Origin: Rhizaria sp. SCN 62-66
Lineage: Eukaryota
Length of the DNA stretch: 20,000 nucleotides
Direction of reading: 5' to 3'
Assembly: GCA_001724265.1 (NCBI GenBank)
Contig: MEDY01000143.1
Location: forward strand, 46,632 to 66,631
Positions 1-7,727 of this stretch are shown in pieces. Positions within the stretch are counted from its first letter, which is position 1. Every line of letters begins with the position of its first letter. Under the pieces are notes generated by a model. The model had not been told where the DNA came from and ran no database searches. It worked only from the letters and a program-made list of their open reading frames with translations. A program made the translations under genes and the position numbers.

Positions 1-366
1 CTGAGCCGCACGTGTTCTACCACGAGGGTGTCGCGATGCCGCGTGACGAGCTCTGCGACTTGCTCGATAAGATCACACAGAAGAACGACGAGGTCAGCGT
101 CTCGCGTCAAAAGTGTCACAAAGGTGCGCATAACTCACTACCTGCACAGCTAGCTCATCACATGGCATGAAATATGTGTTTAATTAAACTTTTTTTTGTC
201 TGCGCATCTTAAATATGATATCTAGTGCTCATGACAAACTTTCTGCTCTCTGCTGCTGTGTGTTGCTTTGAATGACACAGAGCTCGAGGGTCTTCGCGCG
301 TCGACCAAAGCGCTGCGCAAGGCCACAGAAGACATGTTTCGCGCCCAGAAGAACAACCGTGTTTGA
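1..366 (+). CDS. 3' end of a spliced gene (5'-partial), exons <1..123 and 281..366; helical/coiled-coil C-terminus
   Basis: The frame from nt 3 reads EPHVFYHEGVAMPRDELCDLLDKITQKNDEVSVSRQKCHK. Splicing AAG|GTGCGC (124) to ACACAG| (280) continues in frame as ELEGLRASTKALRKATEDMFRAQKNNRV with TGA at 364-366. Both exons are GC-richer than the DNA between them. Confidence 0.75.
124..280 (+). other. Spliceosomal GT-AG intron, 157 nt, phase 1
   Basis: Donor GTGCGC, AT-rich body with an in-frame stop, T/C/TG-rich tract at about 240-270, acceptor CAG at 278-280. Removal restores a continuous frame. Confidence 0.75.
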
Positions 367-769
367 GCCCCTCATAGCTATTGAGCCCTAACACTGCTTT
401 GGCTGTGCTTGAGAATGATAAACGAACAGAACACACACACTGGAGGCCTCTCATTGAGACCACTTAACCACGATATATAGCAAGCACAATGAAACTTCAA
501 TCATTCAATACACTAATTACATAGTTATAGAAACACTGACGCAAGTCAAGTGGCTTGTGTGAAGCATTCCGGATGATGTGGACAGCGGTGATCTGAGCAC
601 CATCTGGACCCCAGGAGTGGATTGGTTGCAATATCTTTGTTTATTTTGTATTTACGAGTATTATAGCAAGTTATCCAATATATGTCACTTCAGACAGGTT
701 GAAGCTAGTCATCTTTGATCGCTGTGAATTCGTCTTCACACGCGAGTACAAAAAATTAGCCCAGTGGAC

Positions 770-2890
770 TTAGTCCTGAATTAGATCCCTCAGCACCTCG
801 ATCCCGTCCGGCCACATCTTCTTCACGGCCATCTCAAAGAGCGGGATGTCGCACAGCACCCGCAGCGGTTCCACCACGCTTACGCGCAGCCAGCGCCGCT
901 GGAACGCCGTCAAAGCCTGCGGTTGACCGACTTCGCCGTCCTCTGTCTCGCCGGCTGCAGCGATGTACGGCTCCACCATGCTTTGGATACAGAGCATCAT
1001 CGTCCCAAGCAGCCACTCGAACTGGTTCAGCGGCATGTTGTCCAACCCCCCGCGCCGCGTCGCGGCGGCGAGCAGCGGGAGCAGGCCCGCGCGCAGCAGC
1101 AGCGGCGTGCCCTCCCAGCCGGGAACCGCAAAGCACTTATCTGCCTTCGAGTACTCTATCAGGACGGACGCAGCCTGCAAGATGGTCGCATAGTCGCCGG
1201 TCTGCAGCAGCGCCAGGACGGCGCCCAGGGGCGACTGCAACAGGTCCACCGCGGCGGCGAACTCGTCGCGCGGCACGGGCGGCTTGTTGGGCGCGCGCCG
1301 CGCGAAGCCATCCTGCCAGCGCTCGCCCGTTGCGGTGTCGTTGGCCGTGAGCGGGCCGCGCGTGGCGGGGCGCAGCGAAGCCAGACTCGCCAGAACCTTG
1401 ATGTGCACGACCGCGCGGTTCGCAAAGCGGTGGCCCCTGGCCCACAAGGAAGGCGCCAGAAGGCGATGGAAGGCGAATGCGGCGCCGCTACGAACCGTTG
1501 CCAAGAGGGTGTCAAACGTGACAGCAGTGTTGCTAAAGCAAGTCATTAGCGAGTCCCAAGGGCTAAACGTGCTGATGTCAAAGTACTTAACTGGCGCCAC
1601 TGGCAGCAGCGGCAGGAGACTCATCACGTTCGCGGTCAGCGCGCCGGCCGAGAGAAACGCCGCGAGAGGACGGGCCGTGAGGTCGACAGGGGGAGGTTTC
1701 TTATTCTCCTCTAAAGTCCTTACGTACGCAATAAAGGCGTGGTTAAATGCGTACAGATTGGCCTCTTCACGCTTTTGCACCTCAACAATTAGTGCCGCCA
1801 CGCCCGGCGCCATCGAGGCCCGCACGGCAGCGTCAGCGGCGTTGCAGGCCTCGCGCCAGGCGTCCGCCACGTGCTTCTTGTTCTCCCAAAGCGCATTGTT
1901 AAATTTGTCGTACAGGAGCGCGGACATAGCCTTGGGCTCCTCAAACGGGAGCTTTACCCCTGTGTCATTGTTGATTTGACTAAGCATGCGCATCAACTCG
2001 CCCGAGATCTCGAACACTTGCAGCAAGCGCCGCCTGTGGTGTGCGTTCTTGACATACAGATTGCGTTTTGCCCTCGCACTCGCATCGGCCGCAATGATAG
2101 CCTTCGAGGCTGCAGTTGCAGCAGCATCAACATTGTTCTCGTTCACAACAATGGACGCAGTTGTGTCACCGAGCAGAACCTTGCACACCAACCCTGTGAG
2201 AGGGGCGACCACGAACGAGCGCGCAGTCAAACGGGACACGGCGTAGTGTTGCGAAATGCGCTTTTTGCGAGCGAACGACGTGATCACATACTCCTCGCCG
2301 CCGCGAATCTCCATGGCAACCGCGCTAGCCCTGACAAGCGCAACAAGCATATCGGTGTACGCGCTCTCTGTGCCACAGGGCAGCGTGTGCAGCGCGCGCG
2401 AGACCAGTCGCAGCAGCCTGATCTCAACGCAGTCGTCGAACGAGCTCGGAAACAAGTCAACTGCGGCGTCTGAGTTGTCTAAATCGCTCGGGTGCAAATA
2501 CTCGCGGGGCTCATACTCGTCGTCTTCATCATCCGCGGATTGACACTCGTTGTCTGGATGCTCACGGGGAGTATATTCGGAGCCGAGAGACTTGTCGAAA
2601 TAGTATCGCGGCTTCTTGCGGCCCGGAGGTAGCACTGCCACCGGGCTACCCACAGCAAACAACGCATACAGCGCGCTCTTGTCCATTTCACAGTAGCGCT
2701 CCAGGCAGTTGGCCAGCGCCTCCACCATCATCGGGCTCGTCAGCGGCGCCGCCACCAACGCCTGATATACCGGCACTGCGAACGACTGCGCGAGGCGGGC
2801 GCTGTGGCGGTGCGAAACGCTTGCCAGCCCACGCAGCGCCACAGCTGCCAGCGTTGCAGTCGGCTGGTCCGGCAAGGAGAGTAGCGGCAT
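770..2890 (-). CDS. Hypothetical protein with ARM/HEAT-like helical repeats (706-aa ORF, probably the C-terminal part of an 873-codon frame starting at 3391)
   Basis: Long ORF of normal complexity ending in TAA. ARM-like segments by eye: LMPLLSLPDQPTATLAAVALRGLASVSHRHSARLAQSFAVPVYQALV, LGAVLALLQTGDYATILQAASVLIEYS, LLLRAGLLPLLAAA. Confidence 0.75.
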   Translation of the reverse strand: MPLLSLPDQPTATLAAVALRGLASVSHRHSARLAQSFAVPVYQALVAAPLTSPMMVEALANCLERYCEMDKSALYALFAVGSPVAVLPPGRKKPRYYFDKSLGSEYTPREHPDNECQSADDEDDEYEPREYLHPSDLDNSDAAVDLFPSSFDDCVEIRLLRLVSRALHTLPCGTESAYTDMLVALVRASAVAMEIRGGEEYVITSFARKKRISQHYAVSRLTARSFVVAPLTGLVCKVLLGDTTASIVVNENNVDAAATAASKAIIAADASARAKRNLYVKNAHHRRRLLQVFEISGELMRMLSQINNDTGVKLPFEEPKAMSALLYDKFNNALWENKKHVADAWREACNAADAAVRASMAPGVAALIVEVQKREEANLYAFNHAFIAYVRTLEENKKPPPVDLTARPLAAFLSAGALTANVMSLLPLLPVAPVKYFDISTFSPWDSLMTCFSNTAVTFDTLLATVRSGAAFAFHRLLAPSLWARGHRFANRAVVHIKVLASLASLRPATRGPLTANDTATGERWQDGFARRAPNKPPVPRDEFAAAVDLLQSPLGAVLALLQTGDYATILQAASVLIEYSKADKCFAVPGWEGTPLLLRAGLLPLLAAATRRGGLDNMPLNQFEWLLGTMMLCIQSMVEPYIAAAGETEDGEVGQPQALTAFQRRWLRVSVVEPLRVLCDIPLFEMAVKKMWPDGIEVLRDLIQD

Positions 2891-3391
2891 GAGCGCGTTG
2901 TGTGTGGCGGTGACCGCGGCGGGCGTGTCGTAGAAGTGCTCGAACCGGCGGCGCAGACAATGCAGGACACGTTTGCAGAGGCAGTCGTAGGAGAGCTAGC
3001 TTGCGCTTGCGCGGATTGCGGCCGCGCTGGTGTTGTTTTCTGCCACGTCTTCGGCCTCATCCTCTGCGGATATATAGTCGTTGACGACGAACTGGACGTA
3101 GAGATGCAAGAGGTTGCCCACCACGTCGGCCGCAGCAGCGAGCCGCACGAGGGTGCTGTGCAGCGCGCTGGGATCGCTCGCAGCCGCCAGCTCGTCCGCG
3201 TGGGGCACTTCCGGAAGGTTGAAGTCAAGCATTTCAAGTAGCTCAGCGGCAGAGATCGGGAAACCCGAGTATGGGTCAGATTGATGCGTTTTGATGAGCT
3301 GTGTACCGCGGGCGAGTTGAGTGGCGGCCGCACGAGCAGAGGATGACAATACGCCACCAATGGCCTCACGGACAGCGAAAGTGACCTCCAT
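2891..3391 (-). CDS. In-frame N-terminal extension of the 770..2890 ORF: 131 codons, TAG (2998-2996), then 35 sense codons
   Basis: 3391, 2998 and 2890 are in the same frame. After the TAG the frame reads LSYDCLCKRVLHCLRRRFEHFYDTPAAVTATHNAL directly into MPLLS. Composition is coding-like throughout, with no AT-rich spacer. Confidence 0.6.
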
Positions 3392-3799
3392 TAGTCCACG
3401 GACACCGATCTGTTAGAACATATGACTGTTTAATCTGTTGTGCTCTTTTCTATCGCTATTCCAAGTGAATGTGTTAGAGAGTGAGGAGGGAGAGGTGTAA
3501 AAATACGAACGATACGGAAGTAATCACGAAATATAGTGCAATATAAATACAGTTGAGGCTGTCTGCAATCGATGAATTAATAAAACTGTCAGAAAATACA
3601 TTTTTACATCGCAGTAACTTAGCGGAAAGTCGGTGTTTTAACGGCGATTTGCCGCGTTTGGCTCACCACAAACGCTTTTTGTGGTCGTCGAATGGTCGGT
3701 CGGTCTGGCTGGCGGATGTGGGGGGACTGGAGGAAGTTGACCCAATGCGGAGCATACTGTTCGCCGTAGATTCCGTCACCAGTAATAAGCTTGGTGCGG
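3392..3799. promoter_or_regulatory. Divergent intergenic region (408 nt), probable bidirectional promoter
   Basis: AT-rich spacer between head-to-head ATGs at 3391 (-) and 3800 (+); TATA-like TATAAATA at 3542-3549. Confidence 0.5.
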
Positions 3800-6700
3800 A
3801 TGGATCCATTTTCGAGTGTTTCTATTGAGGATCAACTCGAATTACTCGGCATTTCTTCCCCACTGCGTTCTACTCCTCGCTACTACGACGGTGAGGACGA
3901 CGACGGCGATGACGACCGCGTTTACCAAGACAGCTCGTTCTCCTCCGGACTGCCCGTTCGCTCCCACTCCAGCGACAACGACAACGATGACAATGACTCT
4001 GACCCGTTATCGAACTCCGCGTTCCTGGCCTCTGCAGAACTGAGCCACCGCGCCCGGCTCGCGCAGGACCAGGCTGCGGACGACGACATGTTTGCGCACC
4101 TCCATCACAACAACAATCACAGCTCGCCACGCTTTCCGTCTTCCGCGCTCGCCGCATCCCCGCCTTTTGTCTCTACGCCCACCGCGTTCCCGTCTCCGCA
4201 ACACTCCAGCAGCAGCGCCGGCGCAGCGGTGGCTGGCGCAGTGTCCGCGGCCGCGGCGGCGTCGGTCGCGACGGACGCGGCGGCGCTCGCAGTGTGGAGC
4301 CGCGACTGGGCCACCGTCTGCCCCGCGCTTGCGCTTGCGCCCGCTATCTACAGCAAACCCTACAGCAAGAGCCGCGGCGCAGAGACGGACTCCTGTAGCA
4401 ACAATAGCGACAACGTCATGGCAGCAGCTGTTGGCGACGGGAGTCTCGATGACAGCAGCGTTGCGGGTATCGCGATCGCTGCCGCAGCCGCGGCCGCGCC
4501 CCCTGCACTTACGCCCCCGATCTCCGCGCAACACGTCCTGGCTTACCTCACCACACTCAGCTCGAGCGGCAGCTCTAGTTCCAGCGCTACGAAGGCTGGT
4601 AACGGGAGTGCGAGCGTTGCCAAGAGCGGCGCCCTCGCTGGCTACCGCGCGCTGCTCTCCCCCGCCGCTCTCGCCGCCGCGTTTGTGTACCTGGTGACCG
4701 TGGCGCGCGCCGTTGACGAGGGGCTGCTCGCGGTCGCCGCCCTTGCGCTGGTGGTCAACTTCGCGGTGCCTGCGGCGCTGTCCGTGGCGATGGGCGAGGA
4801 CGCCGGGCTGATGCAGAGCGCGGTCACGACCGTGGTCGGCAACATCACCAACAACATCAACAGTAACGGCAACCGCGCGCACGGCAAGACAAAGAGCAAG
4901 AGTAAGAGTGTCCGCGGTTCTGGGCCGAGTCACAACGACGAGAGTGAGAGTGAAAGCGATACCGCGCTCATGATTAACTCTGACGGCCACCAATCTTCGG
5001 GCAACGTCGGCAACGCAGCTTCTGCGATTACGGCAGGCGGCCTGACTTCGAGTTGGCTGACTGTGAGCGCAGTGACCCGCGAGGCGTCGGCACTGGCGAC
5101 GGGCGTCTATCGGCAGCTGTCCGCCTTCGCAGCCTCGGCGGCCGCTGTCGCAGACGCTGAGTCCGCCGCCGACTCGGCCGCCGCCCCTCATAATCCTCTC
5201 GCGAATGAAGTGTCAAACTCTCTCAGCGCAGCTGCAGCTGCAACTGCTGTTTCTGCCGCCGCCACAGCGACAACGACTAACAACAGCAACAGCAGCTCCA
5301 GTGTCAGTGCCAGTGCCAGTAGCGCGAGCAGCGCGACTGCGGCCGCGACTGCGCTCGCCAGCGGCGTCGGCGCCGGCAGCAACGCGGTGCTCCCGACCTT
5401 TGAGTGGGCCAAGACGCTGCCCGCGGCCCCCGCCACTGCAGCCGCCGCCCGCGCCGCCGCCGCCGCCGCCGCCGCTGCGGCCGCGGGCGCGGCGGCGACG
5501 GCCGCAGCAGGCGGTCCCTCGGTCGCCGCCGCCGGGCTGCTTCTGCCCCTGGCTGCGGACGTGGTGTTAGGCCGCATGCCGCTCACGGTCGCTGACGCGG
5601 GTGACCGTGAGCAGCAGCAACAAGAGAGTAAGAGGAGTGGCTGTGAGCACGTTAGCGAGCACGACCGCTATCTACAACAGCAGCAACAACAGCAGCAAAA
5701 GCAACTGCGGAGTAGTGCCGTCAAGGGCAACGCGTTCATTGTTGTTCTAAAGAGCAACTTGACCTCAATCGGACACATGTACCGCTGGTTTGTGTTTTTC
5801 TGCGTCGTGTGCCGCAGCACCCCGCTGATTCCGCCCTCGTACCGCTTCCTGCCGACTCTCGCGTCGCTCAACCCGGACAACAACTACAGCACGCACGCGA
5901 GCGCCGAGGCCGACGCGAACGCTGGCGCTGGCCGTAAGCTGTCGCGGCCGGTTTGGACCGCCTTATCTGTCGTTTTCCCGCTGTTTTGTCTGTACATCAC
6001 AGCTCTGATGCGAATCTTTGCTCCTTTTTTCATGATCCTCGTGAATTGGCCCAGCTACGCGTTCTTACCGTCGCTCACAAACAGTATCGGCGATCCGGGC
6101 AGTAGTGCTAGCGCAAGCTCCACCACTCCTGCGTTGATGCCACTCTTTTCAGTGGCAGACTACTTGCCCAAGGCGGTGACGGAGGCGCTCACATCCCTCG
6201 TCCCGCCCCTCCACCTGCGCCCGCTCACTCTCTACTACACCCTCAAGACGCTCGCGCTGCTCGCGCTCACAGTCCCCTCGGCCGTGGTTGTGTGCAGGTA
6301 CTTCTCGCGCAAGTATGACGTCAACGACGCCGACGGCGCCGCGCCGGCGTTAGGCTCGCTCGGCTCCACTCTCACCGCGCTCACCCTGAGCAAACCCACG
6401 GCTACCACCGCGAACAACAACAACAACGGCGGCAGCGGCAGCGGCGACGGCGTGACTGTGAACGCTGCGGTCGTCTCCCCTGTGCGTCTGCCCCCGCGTC
6501 CGGCGCCGCCGTCGCGGCTGATGCTCTGCTTCGTCGGCTTCATCAACGTCCTCGTGCTCACGCTCGCTGACCTGGCGGCGCTGCGCTCGATTGCCGTCGT
6601 CGTCATGGCCGGGCTCGTCGCCGTGGCCGCGCACGACGACGTCAAGCGGCGCGGCAAGCGCGGCGGCGGCGGCGTGGGAGCGCAGAGGCACTACTACTGA
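3800..6700 (+). CDS. Hypothetical multi-pass membrane protein with low-complexity linkers (966 aa from the first ATG)
   Basis: The ORF track starts at TTG 3791, but the first ATG is at 3800 (MDPFSS...); ends TGA. Hydrophobic segments include AALAAAFVYLVTV, LLAVAALALVVNFAVPAAL, VWTALSVVFPLFCLYITALMRIFAPFFMILV, TLALLALTVPSAVVVC, LMLCFVGFINVLVLTL and SIAVVVMAGLVAVAA, separated by Ala/Ser/Asn/Gln tracts. Confidence 0.85.
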   Translation: MDPFSSVSIEDQLELLGISSPLRSTPRYYDGEDDDGDDDRVYQDSSFSSGLPVRSHSSDNDNDDNDSDPLSNSAFLASAELSHRARLAQDQAADDDMFAHLHHNNNHSSPRFPSSALAASPPFVSTPTAFPSPQHSSSSAGAAVAGAVSAAAAASVATDAAALAVWSRDWATVCPALALAPAIYSKPYSKSRGAETDSCSNNSDNVMAAAVGDGSLDDSSVAGIAIAAAAAAAPPALTPPISAQHVLAYLTTLSSSGSSSSSATKAGNGSASVAKSGALAGYRALLSPAALAAAFVYLVTVARAVDEGLLAVAALALVVNFAVPAALSVAMGEDAGLMQSAVTTVVGNITNNINSNGNRAHGKTKSKSKSVRGSGPSHNDESESESDTALMINSDGHQSSGNVGNAASAITAGGLTSSWLTVSAVTREASALATGVYRQLSAFAASAAAVADAESAADSAAAPHNPLANEVSNSLSAAAAATAVSAAATATTTNNSNSSSSVSASASSASSATAAATALASGVGAGSNAVLPTFEWAKTLPAAPATAAAARAAAAAAAAAAAGAAATAAAGGPSVAAAGLLLPLAADVVLGRMPLTVADAGDREQQQQESKRSGCEHVSEHDRYLQQQQQQQQKQLRSSAVKGNAFIVVLKSNLTSIGHMYRWFVFFCVVCRSTPLIPPSYRFLPTLASLNPDNNYSTHASAEADANAGAGRKLSRPVWTALSVVFPLFCLYITALMRIFAPFFMILVNWPSYAFLPSLTNSIGDPGSSASASSTTPALMPLFSVADYLPKAVTEALTSLVPPLHLRPLTLYYTLKTLALLALTVPSAVVVCRYFSRKYDVNDADGAAPALGSLGSTLTALTLSKPTATTANNNNNGGSGSGDGVTVNAAVVSPVRLPPRPAPPSRLMLCFVGFINVLVLTLADLAALRSIAVVVMAGLVAVAAHDDVKRRGKRGGGGVGAQRHYY
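5440..5476 (+). repeat. Imperfect (GCC)n coding microsatellite (poly-Ala)
   Basis: gccgccgcccgcgccgccgccgccgccgccgccgct read directly from the sequence. Confidence 0.85.
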
Positions 6701-7727
6701 ACGAGTGAGTGGCCTTGTCGATATATGATAGTAGGAACCTTTGTCTGTGCAGTGTGCTTTTAAAACTCAAGTTGGTTACTTAACAACATGATTTATACCT
6801 AGTTTTGATATTTAAGCAATACATGATCTATATCTGATTTCATTGCACCTTTGCCTATCTGCTATGATCTAATGATGTATGTTGCGGAGCTCCAGAAAGC
6901 ATGTTGTTGAAATATAGTTGGAGAAATGTGTATTGCTGTAGGTTTTACTCCTCCTGAAACACGGAAAGTATAAACTGAACTGAACTGATGATGCACATAT
7001 GATTGGGAATAGCTACTATTCGGATTATGAAAGGTGATATGATTGTGATTATAAAATTAAACCGGTACTGAAGAGCTCGGTTGTTGATGATTGTTGGAAT
7101 GGTTACAATATGATTCTACTTCTGGTCATGTTGTGAGCATGTCTAGTGCTGATGACAGCATGACATGGTCATTTGGTGCACAGGAATCCTTCAAGGAGGC
7201 CGTGAGAAATGGGTCGCTGACGAGCATCATAAGAGTAATAGTTAAAGATCAGTTACTCGTACGTAAATGCTTAACGTAAATACTATGAATAACACAAATA
7301 TGAAGACCCATATTAGAACACTACTGATAATACTTGCATGAAATGACAGAGAACACGACAACTGTACTGCAACGATGCGAGTAGCAGTCGTGTAACACTG
7401 TGTCAAGTAAAAATGCAAGAATGCACAACAAATAATAACAAGGAACAATCAAGAAACATAACGACTTCATGAAGACAAAGACAAAACATAAATATATCCA
7501 GACACAGACACAGATGTAAACACCGACAACATAACAATAAAATGTAGCTCTGAGTTAAACGAAACGAATTCCTCTCACCAAAATGGTCGTCAAACAAAAT
7601 ACGAAATAAAAGTTCTCCACACAACTCAACGTTTCTCGAACACAGAAACAAAGAACAAGTTCACAATTTAACTGGTTACTCGAGCAAAGCGTCACATCGG
7701 CCCGTACGTATCCATAATACATCCAGC

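Noticed and set aside
3392..3425. CTAACAG acceptor-like site 18 nt upstream of ATG 3391 (in frame), overlapping ATG TTC TAA
   Set aside because: No pyrimidine tract and no identifiable upstream donor or exon.
3800..3925. Similar N-termini of genes C and D (DP[FL]S...SP[LF]R...acidic run...Y)
   Set aside because: Spacing differs and the sequence is low-complexity, so it cannot be distinguished from chance.
5734..5817. Possible 84-nt in-frame intron in the membrane-protein gene, ending TTTTTCTGCGTCGTGTGCCGCAG
   Set aside because: The phase-compatible donor (GTTCAT) is weak, and the T-richness is explained by a hydrophobic peptide (RWFVFFCVVC). RNA-seq would be needed.
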